A DNA stretch of 32,000 bases from Saccharolobus sp. E5-1-F (lineage in GTDB: Archaea; Thermoproteota; Thermoprotei_A; Sulfolobales; Sulfolobaceae): the NCBI RefSeq assembly GCF_009601705.1, contig NZ_CP045687.1, forward strand, positions 2,469,320 to 2,501,319. Reading direction: 5' to 3'. The notes beneath the pieces were generated by a model that was not told the DNA's origin, made no database searches, and saw only the letters and a list, made by a program, of their open reading frames with translations. Shown in pieces: positions 9,217 through 17,803 of this stretch. Positions within the stretch are counted from its first letter, which is position 1. Each line of letters begins with the position of its first letter. Made by a program: the position numbers and the translations under genes.

Positions 9217-10769
9217 CGAGTTGGGAAATAATTTACAAAGCCTCGGAGTTCATCGCTGAGGAAATGGGCGTTATGCTTAAGAGATCAGCAATGTCACCGA
9301 ACATTAGGGAGAGGATGGATCATAGCTGTGCAATAACAGACGCTGAGGGTAATATTGTAGCCCAAGCTGAGCATATACCAGTTCACCTAGGCTCATTTAG
9401 TATTGGAGTTAAGAACACGTTGAACTTAATAGGTGAGCTAGAAGAGGGTGATATGGTTATTTTAAACGATCCTTATATATCCGGTACTCACTTGAATGAC
9501 GTAATGGTTTTGGCACCAGTTTACTATAATGGCAAGTTGGTAGGATATGTGGTAAATAAAGCGCATCATGTTGATGTAGGTGGACCAATGCCGGGTAGTC
9601 TTAATCCATATGCAACCACAATTTATGAGGAGGGCTTCGTAATACCCCCAGTGAGGTTAATGAGAAAAGGGCAAATAAATAATGAGATTGTTGATATAAT
9701 TAAGCAGAACTTTAAGGTACCTGAAGTATCAATAGGTGATTTGAATGCACAAATCTCGGCAAACCTTAACGGTATAGCTAGGATTAAGCAAATGTTTGAT
9801 AAGTACAGATATGATAACGTTCTTAGCGCGTGGAATACGTCTATGGAATACGGAAAGAAACTAGGACTATCTGAGATTTCAAAATGGGGTAATGGTGTAG
9901 GCGAGGATGAGGATTATTTAGAGATAGGTGACGAGCTAAAGAAGATAAGACTAAAGATTAAGATTGATGAAGATGGTATTTACGCTGATTTCACTGGAAC
10001 TGATACCCAGATTGAGGGACCTTTAAATGCAGTATACGGAGTTACGTTTTCCGCTGTTAGTTTCGCAATAAGATCATTAATAGGCAAGGACATTCCTACA
10101 AATGAGGGCTTTTACAGTCTGATTAAGGTTAATGCACCTAAAGGTACGATCGTTGATCCCAATAAGCCAGGAGCAGTTGGTGGTGGTAATGTTGAGACCT
10201 CACAGAGAATCGCTGATGTTACCTTTAAGGCATTATCTCACCTTATTAGTGTTCCAGCTGCTGGTTCAGGTACTATGATGAATGTGATGATGGGTGGTAT
10301 TTACAAAGGTAAGTATTGGGCATATTATGAGACGATAGGTGGTGGTACTGGAGCAAGGCCGAATAAGGATGGAGTATCTGGAGTGCAAGTTAATATGACT
10401 AATACTTTAAATACTCCTATTGAGATTGCTGAGAGATATTATCCATTAATGTTCACAATGTATAGGATTAGGGAAGGGAGTGGTGGGAATGGTAAATATA
10501 AAGGCGGAGATGGGATAATTAGAGCATTTAAGGTCTTAGAGAAGACTAGGTTATCAATTATGGCTGAGAGGTTTAAAGTTCCTCCTTGGGGCTTAAAAGG
10601 TGGTGAAAGCGGAAAACCGGGAAAGGTCACGATAATAAGAAGTAACGGTATAAAGGAGGAAATGCCTAGTAAGTTCTCAACAATTTTAAATAAGGATGAT
10701 GAAGTGATTATTGAAACTCCAGGCGGTGGGGGATATTATACTTCTAATGAGAATTGGAGAAGATCATAA
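9213..10769 (+). CDS. hyuB: Hydantoinase B/oxoprolinase family subunit
   Basis: 518-aa ORF overlapping hyuA by ATGA. The HyuB-type segments [39 protein letters not shown] and ETIGGGTGA are present. Confidence 0.9.
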   Translation: MTSWEIIYKASEFIAEEMGVMLKRSAMSPNIRERMDHSCAITDAEGNIVAQAEHIPVHLGSFSIGVKNTLNLIGELEEGDMVILNDPYISGTHLNDVMVLAPVYYNGKLVGYVVNKAHHVDVGGPMPGSLNPYATTIYEEGFVIPPVRLMRKGQINNEIVDIIKQNFKVPEVSIGDLNAQISANLNGIARIKQMFDKYRYDNVLSAWNTSMEYGKKLGLSEISKWGNGVGEDEDYLEIGDELKKIRLKIKIDEDGIYADFTGTDTQIEGPLNAVYGVTFSAVSFAIRSLIGKDIPTNEGFYSLIKVNAPKGTIVDPNKPGAVGGGNVETSQRIADVTFKALSHLISVPAAGSGTMMNVMMGGIYKGKYWAYYETIGGGTGARPNKDGVSGVQVNMTNTLNTPIEIAERYYPLMFTMYRIREGSGGNGKYKGGDGIIRAFKVLEKTRLSIMAERFKVPPWGLKGGESGKPGKVTIIRSNGIKEEMPSKFSTILNKDDEVIIETPGGGGYYTSNENWRRS

Positions 10770-10772
10770 TTA

Positions 10773-10778
10773 TTTTTT
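10773..10778 (+). terminator. Oligo-T tract after hyuB
   Basis: A T6 run starts 4 nt after the TAA stop. Confidence 0.4.
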
Positions 10779-10796
10779 AGTGTTTCACGGTGATGG

Positions 10797-10826
10797 GAAA
10801 AGCTTTTAGGTATAAGAAAAGCTTTC
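10797..10826 (+). promoter_or_regulatory. Two GAAAAGCTTT boxes flanking a TATA-like element upstream of the TDT-family gene
   Basis: GAAAAGCTTTT (10797-10807) and GAAAAGCTTTC (10816-10826) are 19 nt apart start to start. Each contains the AAGCTT palindrome. GTATAA (10810-15) lies between them, about 26 nt before ATG 10837. Confidence 0.4.
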
Positions 10827-10836
10827 ATTTAATACT

Positions 10837-11712
10837 ATGTTTCTAGATGATATTTTTGGACAACCCATTTCTTTCACAATGCTTATGGGGATTGCAGGGA
10901 TATCGATAGCGTCATACTATAGTAGATTAACCATAATATCACTATCCTCATTTGGAGTGTCAGTAGTATTATTAGCAGTGTTAATCTCCTTTTTTATCCT
11001 CAATTTGAAGCGAATAAAATACGAAATCGTTGACTTTCTGGCTATTATCTCCGGACTTACCTTATTTATTGGAAGACTGAGGCTATTCTATCCTTCACTC
11101 TTTTATCTGGTTCCCTTAGGAATATTATCGATCTTTTACCCTATAATAACGTATAAGGTGCTTAGGTCTTTAAAACAAGTCTCGTTTAAGTACCACTTAC
11201 TAGGAGTTTCAATTACGCTTCTCTCAATTGAACTACGTAGTTACCTACCTATCTTGTCTTTTATATTCGTAGTCGTCGGCATTTTAATGTACTTCACGGT
11301 AACTTCTCTTCTATTAAAGAGGATGATTAGGGAGAAGGATGTAATTAAGGTCATAGATGGTTCGACGTGGATTCAAATGGGATTACCCGCGTTGTTATCT
11401 TTTGCGATTAGCCCCTTTTCTAAGGTAGTGAGTTTAACTCTTTAGTATTTGGCTCTATCGTTACTACCTCTAGTAATACTAGCTAGTATAATTAAACTAA
11501 TTTTTATTGAGATTTCAATAAGGCAATTTCATCCATCCCTATGGTCAATAATATTTCCTCAGGCTGTTTTTTCGACCGATACGTTTAATTTAATAAGGGT
11601 ACATATTCTCGCTTTACCTATCTTATACCAAATCTCCTTATTTGTGTTGTTTTCAGCGTTATCTCTATTTCTACTATTTCTTTCCATTGCAATCTTTTCC
11701 GTTATAAGTTAA
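10837..11712 (+). pseudogene. TehA/Mae1 (TDT) family-like membrane transporter, one reading frame interrupted by an in-frame TAG at 11443-11445
   Basis: Track ORFs 10837-11445 and 11449-11712 are in the same frame (612 nt apart) and separated only by TAG-TAT. Both halves are polytopic. The second half carries a WSIIFPQAVFSTDT segment resembling the conserved W..FP motif near the C-terminus of TDT proteins. The combined length of about 291 aa fits a 10-TM family. Confidence 0.6.
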
Positions 11713-11719
11713 TAGCTTC

Positions 11720-11911
11720 CTATTCTTGATTATCTTTTCTTTCCACATACCTCATAAAGAGAAATATACTTAATGCCCATAGAATGGATAGAAATAACAT
11801 TATATCTCCTATTACGTAATCTCCTACTATCTCTAATCCAATGCCAAGGGAGGCTAAAAAGATAACTCCAGATACTATGTACACTAGTTCCTCAAAATCC
11901 GGTTTTTCCAT
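11720..11911 (-). CDS. Small hypothetical membrane protein (2 predicted TM helices)
   Basis: 63-aa ORF with two hydrophobic stretches. A TATA-like TTTTTATAAG lies on the minus strand about 25-30 nt upstream of the ATG. Confidence 0.45.
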   Translation of the reverse strand: MEKPDFEELVYIVSGVIFLASLGIGLEIVGDYVIGDIMLFLSILWALSIFLFMRYVERKDNQE

Positions 11912-11954
11912 ATTTTTAATTTTAGTTTTAGGGCTTATAAAAACAAATTATTAA

Positions 11955-12815
11955 TCAGTATGATTTTAACAATCTCCTCTTCTTTTTGATATATCTTGAT
12001 AAAAGATACAAGTCTATTACAATGGTTATAATCATAGGCCAATACCATATCATTCCATAACCTACAACTTTACCTAGGTTGAATGAAAGACCATATCCGC
12101 TTATCCAACTATCAAAACTCATAACAAGTCTTCTGAAATCTTCCTTTTGCCTTATCACTCTAGCCATGAATATTCCAATTAACATCCCAGTTATCACAGC
12201 TGGTGAGGTGACTACAGCGTAGTAGATTACTTGGGAGCTAAAAACTCCTAAAGTAATGTAAGCACTAAAAGTTGTAATACTCTCTACTACTCTAAGTAGT
12301 GCTATAGCGAACTTAAACTCCTCTTTTGCCAACCCTTGATTATTAATTATAAGGGCTAAGGGTGGTCCACTTATTGTTGATACCCCATATAGGACACCTA
12401 CTGGAAAGGTTACTAAATATCCGACTTTTTTCCACTTATCTAAACTTATCTCCTTTCTAAAACCACTAGCTTGTAGTAGGATCAATGGTATAAGTAAGCT
12501 ATATACTATCACCTTTATCGCTGCTTCGTTTACGGAAATTTTTAGAACATATGCTCCTATTAAAGATCCTATAATTATTCCAGGGACTCCGTAAATGGTA
12601 ATTGTTAGGGATTTTTTAGTATAATTCCTAAAATTTAATAGAATATTAGCAACATTCTGAAAAATTTCTATAAAGTTTAATACTGGAGAGATTTGTCTAT
12701 TGGTATACCTTATGAGCAGTAACGGCGTTGCCGTGGCTGAAAATCCATATGCAAAGGCACCACTAGGTATGGAGGCGACGAAGAGAATTACTGACAAATA
12801 AATTAAGTCTAACAT
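11955..12815 (-). CDS. TauE/SafE (DUF81) family anion (sulfite/sulfonate) exporter-like membrane protein
   Basis: 286-aa polytopic ORF with a Gly-rich repeated half-structure. Its start overlaps the stop of orf101 in the sat operon. Confidence 0.65.
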   Translation of the reverse strand: MLDLIYLSVILFVASIPSGAFAYGFSATATPLLLIRYTNRQISPVLNFIEIFQNVANILLNFRNYTKKSLTITIYGVPGIIIGSLIGAYVLKISVNEAAIKVIVYSLLIPLILLQASGFRKEISLDKWKKVGYLVTFPVGVLYGVSTISGPPLALIINNQGLAKEEFKFAIALLRVVESITTFSAYITLGVFSSQVIYYAVVTSPAVITGMLIGIFMARVIRQKEDFRRLVMSFDSWISGYGLSFNLGKVVGYGMIWYWPMIITIVIDLYLLSRYIKKKRRLLKSY

Positions 12816-13120
12816 TAATCCTCAACCTTCAGACTTTTTATAACTTCCAACAAAGCTTCCTTGGGTTCAATCTTCTTTTCCGTAATTATCCTTAATATCT
12901 CGTTTTTGAAACTCTTAGGTAGAAGTTCTATCGACTTCGTAGTTGAAGAATCAACTTTCGCATTTGGAAACAACTTAACTATCTCTTCTACTATCTCTTG
13001 TTCCACATCTATCTCTATACGCTTCATCCCTCCCAATACTTCCTTTGCATAATTCAACCCTAACTCCTCTAATTTTCTACTCACTTCCTCACTAAGCCAA
13101 ATGTAGATTTTCATTTCCAT
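12815..13120 (-). CDS. Hypothetical 101-aa acidic protein, with a possible ribbon-helix-helix N-terminus
   Basis: The ORF abuts the sat stop and overlaps the tauE-like start. The N-terminal MKIYIWLSEEVSRKLEELGLNYAKEVL has a strand-helix-G-helix pattern reminiscent of CopG/RHH proteins. No family was recognised. Confidence 0.5.
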   Translation of the reverse strand: MEMKIYIWLSEEVSRKLEELGLNYAKEVLGGMKRIEIDVEQEIVEEIVKLFPNAKVDSSTTKSIELLPKSFKNEILRIITEKKIEPKEALLEVIKSLKVED

Positions 13121-14341
13121 TCACTCCAATATACTCCGTCTCTTCTCCAAGTATTCCTCTGTTACAAAAGGACTCCCAAACCCATATTCCTTTGCTGCTT
13201 TCATTAAAACATCATATACTTCTGGCCTCATTACCATCTTAGTCGGCTTTACCTCATCTAATATAATACTCCTTATTAAACTACCACTGAACTCCTGTTT
13301 CTCATCCTTGTGATCACAAAGTATCTCATTCTCTATACTCCCGCATCTTGGACAATAATAGTTTTCCCTTAAAAATATCGGCTTTATTAACAACTTGTCC
13401 TCATTAATGTAATCAAATATTTGGTGCGCCTCATAAGGCGAATAGTAATTCCCAACTCCAGCGTGATCTCTACCAAAGACGTGATGAGTACATCCTAAAT
13501 TACTCCTAATTATAGCGTGAAGTAAAGCCTCTCTAGGTCCAGCATACCTCATATCCCATAGGGTAAATGAAAGCAAGTGTACTTTCTTACTTATGTAACC
13601 GTATTTAGATAGTGCATCATGAGTTAAAATAATAGCCTCATCTATGTAATCGCCTATCCTCTTCTCCCCTATCACAACATTTACTAGAATACCCGTTCTA
13701 GGTTCATCAACTTTTTGATTCTCATTTGCAGCAAACCATGCGAATTTCATTAAGTATTCATGACCAGTATGAGGAACGTTCCTAGTCTGGAATGCAACTA
13801 TCTTTTTCCAACCTTTCTTCTCAAAAATTACCCTATGCATTTTAGGAGTTAACCAGAATTCCGAATATGGTGAAGTGAATTGTGGTTCCCTAATAAGCCA
13901 AACATCTCCCGCTAAGAAAGTGTCTGCGTAGCTTAATGTCCTTTTCACTCCAGGGTGCTTAATGTCTTTAGTCTTGTAGACTTTCTCTGCCATTTTCACC
14001 TTATCGTATTTGAAGATTTCTTTTATTTCCATGATTGCCAGTGGTTTTCCTAAATAAGTTATCCCTATAATATCTCCCTCCTTGATGTTCTCATTTTGAT
14101 CGTAATCAAATACTATTGGTATTGGCCATAACACGTCGTTTGGTAATCTCATCTTTTCCACAACGGAATCTACTTCTTCGTAATTCATAAAACCCTTTAA
14201 TGGAGATAAGAAACCATAAGCTATACTTACTATCTCATGGGCCAACTGTCTTTTTACTTGAATTTCTTGCAGTTCTTCAAAGTCTGGAACCCTTTTTATT
14301 CTCTCAACTATCTCAACCTTGCCGTGCCCTATTAGGTTCAC
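13121..14341 (-). CDS. sat: Sulfate adenylyltransferase (ATP sulfurylase)
   Basis: 406-aa ORF with the FQTRNVPHTGHEYL (QxRNxxHxxH) and GRDHAGVG motifs. It has a GTG start at 14341, with TTATATATTT (14367-14376) about 30 nt upstream on the minus strand. Confidence 0.92.
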   Translation of the reverse strand: MNLIGHGKVEIVERIKRVPDFEELQEIQVKRQLAHEIVSIAYGFLSPLKGFMNYEEVDSVVEKMRLPNDVLWPIPIVFDYDQNENIKEGDIIGITYLGKPLAIMEIKEIFKYDKVKMAEKVYKTKDIKHPGVKRTLSYADTFLAGDVWLIREPQFTSPYSEFWLTPKMHRVIFEKKGWKKIVAFQTRNVPHTGHEYLMKFAWFAANENQKVDEPRTGILVNVVIGEKRIGDYIDEAIILTHDALSKYGYISKKVHLLSFTLWDMRYAGPREALLHAIIRSNLGCTHHVFGRDHAGVGNYYSPYEAHQIFDYINEDKLLIKPIFLRENYYCPRCGSIENEILCDHKDEKQEFSGSLIRSIILDEVKPTKMVMRPEVYDVLMKAAKEYGFGSPFVTEEYLEKRRSILE

Positions 14342-14383
14342 AGTCTTAATCTTGTTAAGGGTAAGCTTATATATTTAGCTATT

Positions 14384-14400
14384 TGTGCAAATTTTGCACA
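14384..14400. promoter_or_regulatory. Perfect palindromic operator candidate TGTGCAAA-T-TTTGCACA between the divergent sat and cysH TATA boxes
   Basis: The arms are 8 bp and perfect. A 17/20 identical copy lies at 17787-17806, upstream of the rhodanese operon TATA. Confidence 0.6.
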
Positions 14401-14439
14401 TATCGAAACACTAAAGTATTAATATTTTACTTGATTATT

Positions 14440-15162
14440 ATGATGCTTAGCAAAGAGGAGTTAGACTCTCTGAACAAATGGTTTGAAGATAGGGAACCTC
14501 TAGAAGTAATAAAATGGGGAATTGAGAAATTTCATCCTAAAATAGTCCTAGCATGTAGTCTTCAAGCTGAAGATTTGGTAATATTGGACATGTTGAGTAA
14601 GGTGGTTGAAAACCCAAGGGTTTTCATAATAGATACTGGCAGACTTCATCAAGAGAGTTATGATTTAATAGAAGAGATAAACAAAAAATACAACATAGAT
14701 TTGCGGATATATTTTCCAGACTATAAAGAGGTGGAAGCTCTAGTTAATAAACATGGTATAAATCTGTTTTATAAAAGCGTTGAACTTAGAAAAGCATGCT
14801 GTGAAGTGAGGAAAGTTTTACCCCTCAAGAGAGCGTTAGAGGGAATGCATGCTTGGATAACTGGGCTAAGAAGAGAGCAAAACTTTACGAGAGGAGGAAT
14901 AAAGAAAATAGAAATTGATGAGGTTAATGGAGGTATATTTAAGTTAAACCCCTTGGCTAACTGGACATGGGAACAAGTATGGGAGTATATAAAGAAAAAC
15001 AACGTACCTTACAATAAACTCTACGATAAGGGCTATAAGAGTATAGGATGTGTACCATGTACTAGACCAGTGAAACCTTGGGAGCATCCAAGAGCTGGTA
15101 GATGGTGGTGGGAGCAGAATAGTGATAAGGAATGTGGGCTTCATTATAGAGAGGTGAAGTGA
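14440..15162 (+). CDS. cysH: Adenylyl-sulfate (APS)/PAPS reductase, thioredoxin-dependent CysH family, with the Fe-S cysteine signature of APS reductases
   Basis: The cysteine pairs KACCEVRK and GCVPCT, plus the C-terminal ECGLH, are present. The track start (TTG 14383, MCKFCTY...) reads through the palindrome and TATA region. ATG 14440 (MMLSKEEL...) is in frame and about 26 nt from a TATA-like TAAAGTATT. Confidence 0.88.
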   Translation: MMLSKEELDSLNKWFEDREPLEVIKWGIEKFHPKIVLACSLQAEDLVILDMLSKVVENPRVFIIDTGRLHQESYDLIEEINKKYNIDLRIYFPDYKEVEALVNKHGINLFYKSVELRKACCEVRKVLPLKRALEGMHAWITGLRREQNFTRGGIKKIEIDEVNGGIFKLNPLANWTWEQVWEYIKKNNVPYNKLYDKGYKSIGCVPCTRPVKPWEHPRAGRWWWEQNSDKECGLHYREVK

Positions 15163-17051
15163 AGATTCCCATAGAGCCCAATTTTAGAACTGATCCCAAC
15201 GATTACAGTGAGGAAGAGAAAGTAAAGTTGAAAACTAAGGGATTAACTGAAGATACAATAGGAATATATTCGTCGTTTCACGACTTAACTAGAGACGATC
15301 TTGAGAAGGAAGTATCTTTGATAGCCAAAAGTTTCGGAATATACATGGAATTTAATAGGGACAAGATGAAATCAAATGGAGTCAAAGATTGGATTTACAT
15401 GGTAAGGCTACCAATTCCCGGAGGAGGTCCAATAAGACCTAATCAATGGAGAATTTTAGATGATATTTCGAACAAGTATACGATATCAGATGCATATACT
15501 GGAAATCCTTTACCTTCTCTAAAACTAACCACGAGACAGGCTATTCAATTTCACCATGTGAAGAAAAAGGATTTACCTAACCTTATTAGAGAGATTGCGG
15601 AATCCGGATTTCTCACCATAAATGGCTGTGGTGATAATATAAGGAATACTATAGCTTGTCCACTCTCTAGGTACTGGATTTTTGACGCAAATTCACTGGC
15701 TAGAAAAATTGCCAATTACTTTAGATTACCTTTAGATTTGTATCTTCAAGTCTTTGAAATACCTCTAACAGAAAATATACAATTTGAAAGAGAATCTTTC
15801 AAATATAGTGAAAATCTTTTACCAAGAAAGTTTAAGATCGCCATAGTAGGGGTTTTAAGAACAATTAATGGAAAGTACATAATTGATAACTGTGTTGAAG
15901 TCAGAGCCAATGATATAGGCATAGCACCTTTAATAAATGACGACAAAGTAGTAGGTTATCAAATATACGTTGGCGGATCAATGGGTGAGAATAACTCTTA
16001 TCCCACTTTTTCAGCTCTTGGACTTCCAATTGGTACTGTGGTAAATGATGGGGAGTTATTGAGAGTATTGGATGCAATTGTGAGAATACAGGAGGAGTGG
16101 GGAGATAGGAAGAATAGGCATTGGGCTAGGTTTAAGTACGTTGTATATAAGATGGGATTGGAGTGGTTGAGGGATAGAGTGAGAGAATACTCTGGAATAC
16201 AGTTGGGAAAAATAGCTAACGTAAACCTTACGCATAGGGAATTGCATTTAGGATGGATAGATTTAGGTGATAATAAGTGGGCCTACGGTATTTTCGTTGA
16301 AAACGGTAGGCTGATAGATGGCAAAAACGGTAGGATAAAAAGTATGGTCAGATATATTGCAGATAACTTTGATAACGTGATGTTTTATATAACTCCAAAT
16401 CAACATCTGTTAATTACTGAAATAGACCAGTCTCAGAAGGAGAAAATCGAGGCGATACTAAAGGAGTTCAATTACGGCTTTAGAGACGGTAAACCATATT
16501 CCAATTTAAGAATTAACTCAATAGCATGTGTAGGATTTCCAACATGTAAATTATCCTTTACTGACTCTGAAAGATTCCTTCCAGGTCTAATTGACGAGTT
16601 GGAGAGAAGAGGTTGGAAAGATATTCAAATCTCAATAGGATTGTCTGGTTGTGTAGCTCAGTGTTCAAGACCTGCTCTTCATCCCATAAGTTGGGTAGGT
16701 AGTGGTTATGAGCTTTACATGTTGAAGATAGGTGGAGGGAATGGGAGTTTAGGAGAACCATTAATTGACTGGGATGAAAATTCTATTTACCTATATCAAG
16801 TTCCGTCCAATAGGTTAGCTGATGTGACTGAAGCATTATTTGAATTATACGAGAAAAACAAGGATTTAAGTGAAGACCCCGGTGAGGTATTCAGATTACT
16901 AGGTAATAAGAAGATAATTGAGTGGTTGAAGAGTCACGAAAAGACTAAAGACCTTATGAAACCTCATAAGTTTGATAGAAAGATTGAGGGTTATAGGGAA
17001 TATCACAATTTGTTACAAAAACGTTTAGAGGAGGTGAATGCGTACGGGTAA
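15159..17051 (+). CDS. sir: Assimilatory sulfite reductase (siroheme/[4Fe-4S], ferredoxin-type)
   Basis: 630-aa ORF. The GTG start overlaps the cysH TGA (GTGA) and is preceded by GAGGTGA. The CX5C...CX3C cluster (CVGFPTC ... CVAQC) is typical of the nitrite/sulfite reductase hemoprotein domain. Confidence 0.88.
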   Translation: MKIPIEPNFRTDPNDYSEEEKVKLKTKGLTEDTIGIYSSFHDLTRDDLEKEVSLIAKSFGIYMEFNRDKMKSNGVKDWIYMVRLPIPGGGPIRPNQWRILDDISNKYTISDAYTGNPLPSLKLTTRQAIQFHHVKKKDLPNLIREIAESGFLTINGCGDNIRNTIACPLSRYWIFDANSLARKIANYFRLPLDLYLQVFEIPLTENIQFERESFKYSENLLPRKFKIAIVGVLRTINGKYIIDNCVEVRANDIGIAPLINDDKVVGYQIYVGGSMGENNSYPTFSALGLPIGTVVNDGELLRVLDAIVRIQEEWGDRKNRHWARFKYVVYKMGLEWLRDRVREYSGIQLGKIANVNLTHRELHLGWIDLGDNKWAYGIFVENGRLIDGKNGRIKSMVRYIADNFDNVMFYITPNQHLLITEIDQSQKEKIEAILKEFNYGFRDGKPYSNLRINSIACVGFPTCKLSFTDSERFLPGLIDELERRGWKDIQISIGLSGCVAQCSRPALHPISWVGSGYELYMLKIGGGNGSLGEPLIDWDENSIYLYQVPSNRLADVTEALFELYEKNKDLSEDPGEVFRLLGNKKIIEWLKSHEKTKDLMKPHKFDRKIEGYREYHNLLQKRLEEVNAYG

Positions 17052-17739
17052 GGTAGTTTTAGTAGGTGCTGGCCCCGGTGATCCCGAACTAATAACATTA
17101 AAGGGTATTAAATATTTACAAATGGCTGATGTAATTGTTTACGATAAGTTAGTGTCCAGAGAACTTATTAATTACGCTAAGCCGTCCAGCATTGCGATAC
17201 TCCTTAGTAACGATGATACTGAAGTTGATTTGTTGAGAAAGTACGCTTTGGAAAATAAACTAGTAATAAGACTAAAGAATGGAGATCCTTACATATTTGG
17301 AAGAGGTGGAAAAATTTGTCAAGAGTTAATTAAAGACGGTATAGAGTGCGAGGTAGTACCTGGAGTTTCATCAGTTAACTCAGTTCCTGCATACGCTGGA
17401 ATTCCGCTTACTTTTAACGGAATCTCAGATATGATAACAATCGTAAGTGCTGTCTCACAAGGTGGGAAACTCTTTGACTTTCAAAAAATTCCAGATTATG
17501 GTACTCTAGTAGTTTTAATGGGAGGTAAAAGATTAGAGGAGGTGAGTAAAGGATTGATGATTAAGAGAGATTCTTCAGAAGATGTAGCAGTTATAGAGAG
17601 GGGAACTTATCTGGATCAGAAGGTATACGTCAATAAATTAGGGAAGATAGCTGAAATTGGTAATAATCTAGCTACTCCTTCCATGCTGGTCTTAGGAAAC
17701 GTTGTGAGATTAAGAGAGATTTTATGGAAATTTAGTTGA
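17038..17739 (+). CDS. cobA: Uroporphyrinogen-III C-methyltransferase (SUMT, siroheme branch)
   Basis: 233-aa ORF overlapping sir by 14 nt. The LVGAGPGDPELITLKG and NGDPYIFGRGG motifs of tetrapyrrole methylases are present. Confidence 0.88.
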   Translation: MRTGKVVLVGAGPGDPELITLKGIKYLQMADVIVYDKLVSRELINYAKPSSIAILLSNDDTEVDLLRKYALENKLVIRLKNGDPYIFGRGGKICQELIKDGIECEVVPGVSSVNSVPAYAGIPLTFNGISDMITIVSAVSQGGKLFDFQKIPDYGTLVVLMGGKRLEEVSKGLMIKRDSSEDVAVIERGTYLDQKVYVNKLGKIAEIGNNLATPSMLVLGNVVRLREILWKFS

Positions 17740-17786
17740 TTATTTGTTTAGAAACTCCTTTATTCTTATTTTTAAATTTTTTGTTA

Positions 17787-17803
17787 AGTGCCAAATTTGC
17801 ACA
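17787..17803. promoter_or_regulatory. Second copy of the sulfur-promoter palindrome (AGTGCCAAATTTGCACA), 8 nt upstream of the TATA box GATATATAA
   Basis: 17 of 20 positions are identical to 14384-14403, including the trailing TAT. It is followed by the TATA at 17812-17820, the SD-like GGGGAGTGA, and ATG 17858. Confidence 0.55.

Noticed and set aside
8282-10630. Track ORFs 8282-8476(-) and 10439-10630(-)
   Set aside because: They are antisense to the well-supported hyuA and hyuB coding frames. They are Leu/Cys/Pro-rich mirror-frame artefacts.
14383-14439. N-terminal extension of cysH from TTG 14383 (MCKFCTYRNTKVLIFYLII)
   Set aside because: These codons are the palindromic operator and TATA region read as protein. 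The ATG at 14440, at leaderless distance from the TATA, is the more plausible start.
12861-16761. Track ORFs 12861-13052(+), 14769-15002(-), 14944-15144(-), 15746-15946(-), 16056-16247(-), 16558-16761(-)
   Set aside because: All are embedded antisense in orf101, cysH or sir. They have no promoter or SD context and no recognisable motifs.
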